The notes: generated from the letters alone by a model not told the origin. 64,000 nt of DNA from Trichosphaerium sp. ATCC 40318 (GCA_038496445.1 JALMLS010000594.1:124001-188000); one strand, 5' to 3'. Shown: positions 37,955-51,383, numbered from the stretch's first letter. Numbers and translations: made by a program.

Positions 37955-40140
37955 ATGTCCATTGCGCACTCCAACATTCACCCTTCGAGGATTGTGTCTT
38001 TTGATACCCTTATCCACCAACTTGATAGGAGTGTAGAGAACAAAGGTAAACTACTATTGACGTACATAGATTCTTACAAGCTTCATAGAAATTAGTTTTA
38101 GAAAAGATGAGGAGACTGGTTTAGAAGTTTACCGCTACAACTTTGGTTCTTTATCTCCTAATAAGCCACAAGCTGTAGGAAACTTGTGTAGAGGATTAGT
38201 AATTCATAGGGTCTCTCAGAGAGTTGTCGCACATGGGTTTCCAAAATTCTTTCACTATGCCTCAGAAGTACAACCAGAGGTCAGCGATGAAGTGTTGGAA
38301 GTTACCGAGAAATTTGACGGTACAGCACTAGTTTTGGGTTGTTATCACGTGGGAATAACTTCTACGCCATAGGGTCTATGATCGTAGCTTTTGTTTGGAA
38401 AGGGAGGCTCGAGACTACAACAAAAGCAAATATGGCTTCAGATCAAGCGCTGTGGGCTAAACAGTGGCTTAGTAACAATGTAAATGTTGCTTTGTTTCAG
38501 AGCGGCTATAGTTACGTGTTTGAGGCGATCTACAAGGATAATACAGTAATTGTTGAGTACAATTTTGAAGGCACGTGATTAACTTACTCTTTTTAAACTA
38601 AGTGTTTAAATCTTCAGGATGTGTACTGCTTGCCATATACAACAATAAAGGAAAAGAACTTGGACTTGCCGAAGTACAAATCGTACTATTTCATTCTTAA
38701 TATATTCATATCTCAACAGGTTTCAGCGACTGCCAAAACACTTGGCGTTAAATGTGTCGAGACGATAGAAATGCGTTTTGAGGAACTCCTTTGTAAGCTA
38801 GAGGACGACGACATTGACACCGAAGGTATGCCGATTTTCATTTAAAACTCGGACTTTTTTATTTGGGCTAAGTACTCTTGTATTGAATACTTTACGCCCA
38901 CGATTCCTACAAAGCAAACGCTAGATAAAAGAAAAGTTTGGACAAGAGCATAAAATTATGAGTTTTCTTAGGGACGATTTGGTCTATTACGTACCATTTC
39001 TTGGTACAACAAAAGGCTTTAAGTGATTATAGGCCTCTCTTTTCCAAAAAATGTTCCCGTTTTCAATGAAACCCGACATGTTTCTTTGTTCATTACAAAA
39101 CATCTAATCATTACTGCAGGATATGTTGTTAAGATTAAGAGCGTCAATACAAGACTCAAGTTGGTAAAATCTGAATGGAAGAGAGCTAGTAATATAGCGC
39201 GGAAAATATACCCTTTATACATTTGGCAGTTGATGAGATACAAAAAAATTGAATCATTCCGCTCTTCAATTCGAAATTCAATGCACTTGAAGGAATTTAA
39301 TGCGATTTATAGTGCCCTGGATACTCAGCTATCTAACCTTCTATTAAAACATAGCGGTACGAGAGTAGTGAAGATATACTTAGAATTATTGTCAATACCA
39401 TACTGCAATATCGAAGATAAGAAATATCCTATTGTTGGGCTCCAAGGTGCAATATCTGTAGCTCTTCAAGAGTTAAAGTACATTTTCTCCCTGTGTTACA
39501 TCACATTAAACGAAGATAGGAAGCTTCTGCCTTCTCGCTTTAGTGGACACATTCGTTCAGCAATTACTGTAAGTACTAAACAACAATTTAAATGCTAAAA
39601 ACGGATTAGCATTTAGCTTTACAACAAGTTCTTTACGAAAATATAGAATCAATGAAACATTGCGAGTATAGAATAAGAGAATCCTGGCGGCTAGACTATG
39701 AATCAGCGGTAGCAAGTGTTAAAGAAGTGAGGGGCTTGCTCATTGATAGAATAGCTGAAGTCTATAAAAAGTGGGTTACAGAAAATAAACGAGCATACCT
39801 GGAAGATATCAAGCCAATGAATAATGAGATCAAAGGATACACTCCTTCTCAGAACTTCAAACAAGCGTGGGCGAAATCGTGGCCATACTTGACTGAACCT
39901 AGTTTCAGTTCTGACCTCATGTTTCCTCCCGAAATCATGTTGGAGATATTTAATAATCTAGAACCAATCAACATAGCAAAGTCTAGGCAAGTATGTCATC
40001 ACTGGGATAATCTCTTAAACCTCGAGTCGTATAGAATGACAATGGATGAGTACAAAGAAGACCTTCGTCAAGCACAGTATGGATATTGGCGGAAACACAC
40101 ATCTTCATACGGTAGTGATACTGAACTCTATGATTTCTAA
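37955..40140 (+). CDS. T4 Rnl1-type ATP-dependent RNA ligase with C-terminal F-box
   Basis: Spliced motifs CRGLV...GFPKFF, motif I EKFDGS, motif III YVFEAI, motif IV EGYVV, motif V RLKLVK. The C-terminal exon has FPPEIMLEIFNNLEPINIAKSRQVCHHWDNL (F-box). Confidence 0.82.
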
Positions 40141-40592
40141 GAATACACTATTTGCGAAGTACATTGTCAAATAAAACTAGTTAGGCGTTTGATATCACAC
40201 GATGCTTTTAAAGCATGACATGATAACTTAGCCTGCAAAGAAATAGTTAAATGCCAGGTTTATTTACAAAGCAAAAAAGGGTACTTACTAGTAACAAAGA
40301 CAGCATTCTGTATTTGCTGTTGTGCATTGCCTATGTAGAATATTGTGAAATTAGTTGCCTACTATATATGGGAAAGCTGTAAATGTTCTTGCAATAAGAA
40401 AAAAGTGCTACAATGATTGCTTGCAACTCAAAAGCACGCTCAACTGAAAAAGATTGATTTTTTGATTGAAAAAAAGTTGCCTTACGACATAAGACTTATT
40501 GTCTTCGATTGATTTATTGAATATTCATTTTCGTTAAATTCTACTGAAGTGAAAGCACAAGCGACTACAATATAAATCACGTTACAAAAACA

Positions 40593-42112
40593 ATGATCCC
40601 ATCACCACTAAAGAAGGTAATTGCAACCGTTTTCATCAAAAAAAAACTCCTAAACTCGTTCTAACTTGTACCCATCAATAGCGTAATAATGCATCTACTA
40701 CACAGTTTCATACCCAATTACTAGAACTGCCAATGGAGTTACTTCTCGATATAATCGATCTAGACTCAGAAATCAATCTTAAATTTCCGCTTCTATCAAA
40801 ATCAACGGCGATGTCAACAAGGTTCGATTGTGATCTTAAGAAACATGGTAAATGGTTGAAATACAAAAAACATTGTGAGAAGGGATCACCAGATGGATCA
40901 CAAATCGTATGTCAGGAATATTGGAAAAATGGTAAACAACACGGAGAATACAAGTCATGGTACACCAACGGAAAAGTGTCTGTTCAATGTAACTTTGTAA
41001 ACAATGTCTGGGAAGGGCAATACAACTGTTGGGACCCTAATGGGCAATTGAATGAACAGTCTTATTATGTCAAAGGACAATACCATGGAGAGTTAAAACG
41101 TTGGTTTGAAAACGGACAATTGAGAGAGTTATGGACGTATGTCAAAGATATAAAACATGGCATCGTCAAGAGCTGGCACTTCAATGGACATATAGAAAAG
41201 CAAGGAACATATGTTAATGATGAACTATCTGGAGAGTATAAGGAGTGGTATGATAATGGAAAACTGGAGGTAGAGTGTACATACAAGAATGATAGACGTG
41301 TTGGAATGTACAGGGAATGGCATCCGAATGGAAAACTAGAAATGGAATGTACCTACGTCAATGGTAGACAACAAGGACACTACACCTCGTGGCATGATAA
41401 TGGTCTAGTTTGTTGTCAATGTATTCATGTTGATGGTCAAAGAGAAGGAGAATGCGAGGTGTGGTATGAAAACGGCAAAATATGTGCACTGTGCACGTGT
41501 GTAAACGGAAAGAAATACGGAGAGTACAAACAATGGTTTGACAACGGACAACAGCAAATGCAGTGTAACTATATTGATGACAATCTACACGGAGAGTTTA
41601 CAGAGTGGTATGAAAACGGAGTAATAGCTGTTAATTGTTATTACATCAATGGTAAACAATATGGAGAGCGAAAGGAGTGGCACGAAAACGGCGAAAAGGA
41701 GCTACAGCACACTCTTGTAAATGACAAATACAATGGTGAATACATGGCTTGGTACGACAATGGACAGCTGTACAAGCAAGCCACCTATACCAATGGTATC
41801 TTAAACGGAACCTATAACAAGTACTATCGCAATGGGCATTCATGGAAGCAATGTACTTATGTCAATGGAGCCAAACACGGTGATTACAAGGAGTGGCATG
41901 GAAATGGAGTGTTGCTTTGCCAGTGTAATTTTACACATGGATTGAAAAATGGAGAGTACAGGCAATGGTATGATAATGGTCAATCATGGATACAATGTTA
42001 TTGTGTTAATGGCAAACGAGAGGGTGAGTATAAGAGATGGTACTACAGTGGCAAATTGGGAAAACATTGTACCTTCAATGAAGGTAATCGAGTTGTATTC
42101 AAAATACGCTGA
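40593..42112 (+). CDS. F-box + MORN-variant (YwqK-like) repeat protein
   Basis: Exon 40593-40616 (MIPSPLKK), intron, then 40682-42112 with QLLELPMELLLDII and ~16 24-aa G.Y.EWY.NG repeats. The repeat region has no introns. Confidence 0.88.
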
Positions 42113-43889
42113 AATCCATAAAAAAAACTAACAATGAAATCAACGTCATACGCTATCAGTATATCCAATAAATGCAACGTCACACATCTCGTGTAATACC
42201 AGAGCAAGTTTATTTTATCAAGTCCATACATTATCTCAGTAGTGCGGAATGGTTTCTGGTGCTCGTACTGGTAAACATACTTCTAACACATTAAAGATAT
42301 TACAAGAATCTTTATCGAGCAATCTTCCCAGAGTACATGAGTAATTGCGCTGTTTTTTGTGGATTTAAGTATCACGTTACACAGCCACTTGGGTCTAAAG
42401 TACAACCTGGCTATACACCAAAGTCAGTCTCACATGTTACGGTGTCCCACTGTTCCTACAAACATTATTGTACGATTCTAACTGTATCCTAGATTCCACT
42501 ACAAGCAGTAATGTATGAGAAAAGCATAGGAAAACACCGGCAACGTATTTTTTTCAACACGTTGTTCATTGAATTTAACAAAAAACTAGTCAGTTGGGGT
42601 AGCATGTCGCCTTTCTTTACTTCAGGACGCGTCAGGAAGTCACGCACTAACAATCCTGAAAATAAATACTGTATGAAATCAGTACATGAACTCACGCCAC
42701 AGAATCGTAGTGCTTCACTTAGTGATGAGAGTAACAACTGAATTTGTGTGGTGTCATGGAAAGAGAAGCCATTTTCGGGTTGGTACTCAAGTTCAGGAAA
42801 GCGACAACACGCTGCTAAGAGTTACCACAGTGTTGGATAGTACGTCCTTTCAAGTACAAAAGCATTTCTGTCTGACTAGGTTACTACTCCGAAATTGTAC
42901 GTGGGTACCGTTTAAAGTGTCCATCTTAGCTAACGCGAGCTTTTGTTTGTGAAAAAAGTGTAAATGGCGTAAGCTGAGAAGAATTCTAGTTTATGGCATA
43001 GTACTGCTAAAAGTCACTATGCAGATGTATCTTGAAGGATTTAAATAGAATTTATAGCGTCAGACAGTTATTCTTAGACAATACCTTTTTGAAATTCTTC
43101 GGCGTACTGTGAGTGTAGCGTTTAAACCATTTTATCGCTCGTTTTGATCAAATAACGCAATAATGTACCAAAAATATTGTGTAGCGCTTCTTTTAGTATA
43201 TTCGCAGCATACAGTTGCCGTTCCTTATTTTAAATGCAGTTCAGGAAAAGAAATTCTACAGGTGTTGGAATTCTTGCATGAAACCCTTAGTTGCCACTAA
43301 CAGATGCTGCTATGCATGTAGTAAGCTCTCACATTGCATATTTTGTGATTCATAAAAATAGTCGCACAAAAACAAGACAAGTATGGGTCATCGCTAGCAT
43401 ATTTTATTATAAGCCATATAAAGGCCGTCAAAATGAAGCAACATAGTGGTTCAATATTATATCGAAGCCAGTTGTGTAAAAATTTCGCACACGTCCGCGA
43501 GAGACGGTTTTTTTTGCTTTTTTTTTTTGTTTTGGTTTTTGTAGATTTGTTTGGTATTTTTTTTTTACTTCTCCGCGGACGCAGCAATTAGTTTTGTTTG
43601 AGTATTGTGCCCAAAGGCAGGAAGCATACTACGCAATTTATTCAATTGCTCTAGAACCTCCATAGGGGTCTGATTAACGGCTGAGCATTCAGGTTGTTGT
43701 TTAAAATGGCCGATGAGAGTATTTGTTAGTGTTAGAGTCGATTTTAGGACTTCAACGAGATTATGTGATTTATTATCTAAGAATTAGGGTTAGTACATAA
43801 GGGAAATATAAAAGAAATAATAAATGAACAGTTTAATCCACACGTAGATTAAAACCATTTACGCAAAAAAAAAAATACAAAAAAACCCA

Positions 43890-45899
43890 TTAATACGTAC
43901 ATTGTCTGCGTCTACGTTTTGTTGTAGTGTTAGATCGCTTTATAGTACAGTGTTTTGCGGGTGTTTTGCCCTTAATATTACGTTTTTGTTGTTGTTGTGA
44001 TAAATGTTTCCTACAAGGAAAAAAAACCGTTAGGACTCAAAATTAATCAACAAGTAGAGAGGAAAGAAAATGAGCCAAATTTAGGAATAATAAAAGGAAA
44101 CTTGGCATAAAAAAAAAAGCAAAAAAAAAGTCAGAGTAACTGAATCAAGGGGTACTTACTCACGAAGTGGTGCCGAGAGGCGATGCAATGCATAGTTTGT
44201 GTTAAAGAGTTGATAGCGTTGTTCCTCGCTTAGTTTCAACTGAAAGTTTGCTTCGTGAGCGCAGCATTGCGCATTGATAGATGTGTATAGCCAATCTGGT
44301 GTAACCCTGAATATGCCCCATTCGGTAGCATACCGGAACTTTAAACCAAGAGTAGACTAAAAAATAATCAATAAACAATATAAGAATACTCCCAAATCGT
44401 AGTATATATTTAACAAGAGCGAAAACGATGAAGAAAAAAAAAAAAAAAAGAACAAAACAAAAACCGTATTTGGTGGTTTTTTAATTTTTTGATTTTTTCA
44501 CTACGCGCGTAAAGTCTGCACATAAAGATGCTTCTCTTGCACGTAGTGAATGATAAGTAATCAAAAAAGCGGGGTATATTCTAGAAATATATAGTCCGCA
44601 GACAACTATAGTCGGTACAATAAATTAAAAAAAAACACCGAAAGGATTCACAAAAAAATCAAACAGAAGACAAAAACGGCATGCCGTACCTTGGACAAAA
44701 GATGTGTGCACCGTTTAGATAGGTGAGGTGTATAAACGCCGCCATGGCCCTCAACGAGTTGTTGCAGCTGTGCACGCATTGCTTGACATGACAGTTAGTG
44801 ACATAAACACAGAGAGAAGGATAAAGAAGAGATTTCGTAAAACTTGTTTTCAAGAAAAAAGACATAGGAACTCGAGATTTTCTTGATCATTCATTTGTCA
44901 CTCTTTGTTTTGATTTCTTTGGGTTTTTTTTTGAAGTTTTTGTGTATGTATGTACCTTGGCTGAATCCAGTAACAGATATCATCAAACCAGCAAATGGTG
45001 GTAGTTTAAAGTCATCAATAGGTAATTGCTTACGTGCTTCCCAGCAACGCTGTATGTACAATGGGTGAAGCACAGGCACACCTAATTTGCATGCAAGCTA
45101 TTTTCAAGAAACGTCAGAAAAAAACGAAATGGCGGTTATTTTAATGTCGAATTACAAAAAAATCTAAAACAAGGCACCAGGCGTACCTTATAATTTACAG
45201 AACCAACTCGTGGAGTTATGAGGTAGTCAACTGACTGGTCGAACGTGGGAACACAAATACCACCCATAAAGGTCAATCTCGTGTGTAGCCCAGCCTTTAG
45301 AAGCGTATTAGTTTTGTTTTGTGATTGTAGCAATGCGAGTTGACAAAAAAAGCAAGGGACAAGTACTTGTTCGCTAAAAAATACTTTTAGGATTGTCTAT
45401 GTACCTTGACATGAGGTGGCATAGTGCTAAAAGCGAAAGTTTTGCCCTCTAATGCCCGACACAAGATGGGATGCCCTGTGCTCGGCAGTTGGTGATTGTT
45501 TCGCATTGCATCCTCTAAAATGGAGGTCCCTGTAGCGAGTTAGTTACGTGTGGTGGGTATTGACGGTCATATCGCTTAAAGAGGAATTCTGTACGGAGAC
45601 GCACCAATAATATGCGCGCCACGCTTGCAAAGCTCAGTAAATAACGGCTAGGTAAAGTAAGCGTCTGTTTGTCCGATCTGAAAGGATCTCTCCCAGTCTG
45701 TTTTTTTTTGCTTAAAAGGGCCGTGATGTACCTGTTCAAAGTCGTCCATCACATACGTGACCTGGGACTTTTCCGAAGAGGCCGCTTGCGCGTAATTGTA
45801 ATATGTGCCACCGCGCTCTGTTATTTCCTTTGCCAGCAACTCTTTATCACATACATTACATAAAACGAACGTTTGTTGCGAAAGTTTAAAGTTATTCAT
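43890..45899 (-). CDS. Tandem-BRCT protein, TopBP1/Rad4/Dpb11 N-terminal-like
   Basis: FMGG...VDYLI..VGSVNYK.ACKLGVPVLHPLYIQRCW; FKLPPFAGLMISVTGFS; LVEGHGGVYTPHLSKRCTHLL; KFRYATEWGIFRVTPDWL. The 3' end is approximate. Confidence 0.75.
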
Positions 45900-46877
45900 T
45901 TGGGATTGTGTTGTTGAGTAAGTAGAGATGATGGTAGGAGGTGTGGTGGCTTCTAGGATAGAGGACAAAAAAAGAAACAAATATAAATTTAATAAAAAGT
46001 GCCGTTAGAATTTCAGAGGCTTTTTTCGCAAACTTTTTTGAGAAAGTCTTACATGTTCTAGAAACTGTTGCTGTTACGTGCGTATACCTCCGCGCGCCTA
46101 ATATTTGAAATAATGGTATTCATGAATAGTGAGCACACAAACTGAAATCGTTGCAGCGGTAATTTTTGCGCCATTAAATTCTATACAATGTATACAGTGG
46201 AATTCCGTAGTTTGGAGTAGAATTTACAAAATGGGAACAATTACCAACAAAACAACCAGAAATACAACCACTGACGCCATATATGCTGTATTTAGTGCCT
46301 ATCTTGATTACCCGGACTTATTGAAGTTATTACGATACTCTTTTGGTAAACCAGCGACATTTACACCAATACCTACTAAAAACAGCACCAAAAGTTATAT
46401 TCCACATTCTTTTTTTACGTACTAAAATAATGGTATCTCACGTACTCGAATATTAAAAAAAGAAGCGCTTTTCTGCAATAAAACTAATGTCCAAACGCAT
46501 AAATAGATTATACCAACTCCGTCAATAACATTTAGTTTGCTTTCACGCGTGAACACGTAAAGTAGAATAGATGTGCGTATATCTTCAGTTTAAAACTGTG
46601 TAGCCTGTATTGGCGTTATACAGACGGAAGTTCTCAAAAGTAGATTGAGTTTGGTGTTCTTGCAAGCCAAAAATGCGCATAGTGGTGTTTCGGAAACGGA
46701 GAAGATATTAAGAGGGGAGTTTCAGCTGTTCTTGATTTAATAGCGCTTTCCTAGTTAGCCTAAACTCAAAACATCTTTTACCTATCGTTGTTGTGGATAC
46801 TATCGGGTTTGGGTACATCTTTTTCCTCCTTCATGAATTGTGTAACTCGCATGCGAAGCAAACGACTTAACCTTTTG

Positions 46878-46900
46878 CTGTTGGCGCGAATTTTTCAAAA
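46878..46900 (+). promoter_or_regulatory. E2F-like site plus CHR-like element upstream of PRIM1
   Basis: ttggcgcgaatttttcaaaa lies 10-30 bp before the ATG. Confidence 0.4.
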
Positions 46901-46909
46901 CATCTCAAA

Positions 46910-49153
46910 ATGACCGCCATGGACGTAGATGTTCCTGCTGGCGTTGGTAAGTAAAAGAATTAGAAAGCGCGGGCTAAAATTGTTGTTAGATGACCCAAAT
47001 GTCCCTGCATATTATCCAGAGGAGTTAAAGGCTTTCTACAGTACGTTACACGTATAATGTTAAACCAACCGAAATGTAGAGCGCTTGTTTCCTTTTGAAA
47101 AGATGTATGACTGGCTCAGTTATGGCGGTAAACTAATTTGGCGTATAAACCAACGCTTATAAGGCTTAGATAAGGATTATTTTGCAAGGCGCGAATTTAC
47201 ATACACGTTTGATTCTATATTCTCCAGATACCATTGCTACAACGTACGGAGTGATCACTTGGCGTTCTTTTTAACTAAAACAATCAAAAGGACGTTCAAA
47301 CCTGGGCAAGAAAGTTTAGAGCTTCTAACCCTGAGCGTATGGATATAGGCGCTGTGTTTAACATACAAGTACGCACCAACTTCAAAACGAAGAGAAAAGT
47401 TTTTTTGAATTTTGTTTCACTTGTACTTATTCGACTTGCTCGTAGCCCAACAAGCTTAATAAAATGAGACCAGAGGCTCTTGTTGCACAGCAAAAAGAAT
47501 TGGTATTCGATGTGGATATGGACGATTTTAACGATGTTCGGCACGTGAATGAAGTGATTTTTTTTTTCTTCATTTTTTTGTATTCTTCCAAGTCTTCTTA
47601 CAGTTTTTTGCAGCTCGAATATCGATAATTCACTTCCTGGTATCAGAAATGATTGGGCGTTTATGACAATTACTGTCAAAGTACTTGATAGAGCATTAAG
47701 AGGTATGTTGTATTATGAAAGCGCGTAAAAGGCTTCATTGTCTGATTTTTTTTGTCAAGAGGATTTTGGCTTTGAGCATTTGTTGTGGGTATACTCTGGA
47801 CGTCGTGGTGTGCATTGTTGGGTGTGTGATAAGCGCGCAAGAGGTACGAACGTGGAAAATCAATTGAAACAATTTTTGGTTGCAAAGGCACCTCCTGACT
47901 CGAGTCATTGAGTGGTGACGCTTAATTGTTTTATTTACAATTTATTAGAATTAAGCGAGCATGCGCGTAAAGCTGTTGTTAGCTACCTTAAGGCTGTCGT
48001 CGTAGTTGACTCTGATAAACCACAACAACCTAAAATCAATAACCAACTTCATCCACTCTTTGCGTACGTCCGAAGATATTTTAGAATTCCAGATTTTTTT
48101 TTTGATTTCTAGTTTGGGTTTGCTTGCTTACTGGGTATTTAGGAGAACCTATGATACTATTTTATTACCTTATTTTGAGAATCACGTCATTCTCGAACAA
48201 CGTCTTTTTGAAGAACAAGATAACTGGAATAGGCTTTTAAGCTTCTGTGGGTATCCAGGTACGCAGTGAGGGATCTATTCTAAACAAAAAAGAAAAAAAA
48301 TAGAACAAAAAATCTACGCGCGTAGATGATACTAAAACTAAGCTTTTAGATATTGCCAAACAGCTTGATAAAGACTTTTCTTCACAAGAAAAGACACCAG
48401 AAGAGCGATGGGCTTCAACTAAAGCATCATTACTAAACGCATACAACGTAAGGAAGCTTTTTTTGAGTGTTGACGGATTTTTTTTTTTTTTGGCTACGCG
48501 CTTACAAGTTTTGTAGAAAGATCTTAAGAGTAGAAAGAGGCCACCTTGTAACCCAGTTCATAAGATTGTCATGGCATATACATGGCCAAGACTTGATGAA
48601 AACGTATCATACGTAAGTGTTCAGGCTTTTATTTTTTGTTTTCTTTCACTTCTTGTTGATGTTTTTGCTACGATTGCAACCTGTTGTTATGTGTTTGAAG
48701 CGTTTTGTTAATTATTTATTGTAGAAACTCAACCATTTACTCAAGAGTCCTTTCGTTGTTCATCCAAAGACTGGTAAAGTACGTAGCTTGCACTAGAGCA
48801 CTAAGCTTTTTTTTTCTCCTATTCTACAAACTTACATCGTTTGCTAGGTTTGTGTTCCTTTTGACCCTAGCACTTGTGAGAACTTTGATTTGAATGATGT
48901 TCCTAATGTCCGTACACTTATGTCAGAAATGAGTCCTCCTGGAGAGGCAAAGGAGGGTCAAGGTGAGTCTTGGGCTGACTTTTTAACCAAAAAAAAGAGC
49001 GAGAAGAAGAAAAAACGTTTTGTGTTAATGGCTTTTTTTGTAGATTACAAAACGACGTCCCTAAAGAAGTCTATGAAAGTATTCCAGGACTTTTTAAGCA
49101 AACTTAGCCGTAGTCAAAGAAGTGAGGCTGCAAATGACTCTATGGAGTTTTAA
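46910..49153 (+). CDS. PRIM1: DNA primase small (catalytic) subunit
   Basis: [74 protein letters not shown]. Confidence 0.95.
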
Positions 49154-49793
49154 AGAAAAAAAGAAGAAAAAAATAAGATTACCTAATCTCTCTTGTACAT
49201 CATTGTTGTGAAAAAAAAAAATATAAGGAACCTCAAGTTATAGATAAGTTACCATAGCGTATTATTCATAAACGTATCTTGAAATTCGTGGTATAACTTA
49301 TAGTCTATTTTGTTGCAAATCCACGGAGTTTTCAATATTTTCAGAAAAAATTACCAGACCTTTTTAAAACGTTGAGAACTTTCATTTCCTAGCGGAAACA
49401 TAACGGTTAGAAAGTAGCTGTAGGAATTGAGCTGGATTATCGACAAACAAGATTATCTACAGTCACATTTATAAACGCCTTACACAACTAGAGTGTCATG
49501 CTACCAAATATTTTTTGTATTTGCATCAACGCAAGTGATGCCTATCATGGTCATCTATCCTAAACCGTGTATTTTGGGCAAATACAAAAATAGAAAATAC
49601 AAACATTGTATCCTTTAAGCAAACTCTTCACGATCCACATTTGCAGTCTTAACACTTGAGTGTGCCTCAGATTTAGTGCAACCGGCTAAGCTGCATCCTA
49701 GATAGTATTTGCTCATTCATCAAGGAGCCAGTTTAAAAAAGTCAACGAAAAGACTTATTTGGTGATACCAGAACGCTACAAGATCAAACCTTG

Positions 49794-50927
49794 ATGGAAA
49801 CAGCGATAAAACAAGTTAATCTTATTGAAGAGCTTCCACCAGAGACATTAACACTTACTCTTCGTTATTTAAATAGAAAACAGCGTATCACAGCTTCATC
49901 AGTGTCTCACCTGTTTAATAACGTTATTCGTCACAATATTGGCTTTGAAAAGATCAAATTGACAGAATCATCAGATTGTCACGTGTTAAAAGGCAGTCCG
50001 TTGCTTAAGAACACTACAATTTCTTCTTTTCGGCTTAAAGTATCAGCAAGTGACTTGGCTTGTCTTTGTGGTGTCCACACGATATCTCTGGGCTCTTCAA
50101 ACGTCACTGATGAAGGTGTACTTTCTTTATTACAACATGGACAACACAGTGTTCATACAATCAACCTGGCATGTACAGATATCACAGATGTTTCATTGAA
50201 GGCACTTAGCAGCACCGTACACACGATTAACATTGCCAGATGCAAGAACATTAGTGATGAAGGTGTTAAAGCACTTAATCATGTTCACCGATTAATACTT
50301 TGTAAACCACGTGAGTCTTGGTTCAAATATCTCGCCAACATCCACACACTTAAGATTTACAAAGCAGATTCCTTTACAGATGAAGCAGCTAGATTATTAA
50401 CTAACGTCAAAGTCTTACATCTTTCTTATTGTGACACAGTTACAGACAATGGATTAAAAGATCTGGTCAATCTTGTTCGTCTTGATATTAGAACATGTGA
50501 TAGTATCAATTACTCATGCCTACATAGTTTGATAAACCTTAAATATCTCACAATAAGGGAGCTTTTAAAGGAAATAACTGATGACAAATTGAAGTATTTG
50601 ACAAATCTGGAAAGTCTTGTTCTTTTAAAATGTGGTAGTATAACTGATGAAGGAATGAAGCACTTGGTTAACCTTAAACAACTACTTCTTTGGAGCTGTG
50701 TTAAGATAAGAAACTCAGGATTGAAACACTTGATCAACTTAGAATACCTCATTCTTATGCACTGCAAGAATATAACAAATGATTGTTTGAAACATTTGAT
50801 ATCTCTTAAATGTATTAGGATCTCTGGTGAAAGCCGTATTACAAATGAATGTACTGATAAATTGGGTGTTACTATGAATAGGCGTGACACTGTTGATGTA
50901 TATGAACCTTTTCGATATTTTAACTGA
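49794..50927 (+). CDS. F-box + LRR protein, intronless
   Basis: LIEELPPETLTLTL F-box, GVHTISL-type LRRs, then LxxLxLxxCxxITDxGLKHL-type LRRs. Confidence 0.85.
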   Translation: METAIKQVNLIEELPPETLTLTLRYLNRKQRITASSVSHLFNNVIRHNIGFEKIKLTESSDCHVLKGSPLLKNTTISSFRLKVSASDLACLCGVHTISLGSSNVTDEGVLSLLQHGQHSVHTINLACTDITDVSLKALSSTVHTINIARCKNISDEGVKALNHVHRLILCKPRESWFKYLANIHTLKIYKADSFTDEAARLLTNVKVLHLSYCDTVTDNGLKDLVNLVRLDIRTCDSINYSCLHSLINLKYLTIRELLKEITDDKLKYLTNLESLVLLKCGSITDEGMKHLVNLKQLLLWSCVKIRNSGLKHLINLEYLILMHCKNITNDCLKHLISLKCIRISGESRITNECTDKLGVTMNRRDTVDVYEPFRYFN

Positions 50928-51383
50928 CTAACAACTTACTGTAATAAATAGTCACGTGATTTTGTTCACTTATCAAAGTAGGATTTGTATGAGTGTACAT
51001 ACATTTGATATAGTTGCAAGAGCATCAGTTACTTCTCTATCATTTCTATACGTATTGCTTTGAAGCATTTCAAACGTGCGTGTTATTGGCGATGTACAGC
51101 TGAGGTACTATTGTATTAACAAAATGTGCTTAAACATGGTACTGGGATAAAAGCATTGTAGATCATTAATATGTGGTGTCCAAAGAATCGATTTAAATTA
51201 CAATCAACATTGAAATTTTAATCGATTTGTCGTACTTGATTGTGGCGAGTTGTTAGTGCGAGTAAGTGTTTTGATGATACAGTAACTGATAGCAAGTCAT
51301 TTGTTTGCAAATATGAAAAAATTGGGCTCCTAAAGAGGTGTCAAACGCTTTTTTAACAAAAGCTTTGCTTTCATTGTTGAGCT

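Noticed and set aside
42200-43300. Possible minus-strand gene
   Set aside because: Only fragmentary frames with stops and no recognisable motif; no model could be supported.
46129-46850. Small ORFs between the BRCT gene and PRIM1
   Set aside because: A small minus-strand membrane-protein gene is possible, but I could not build a consistent spliced frame.
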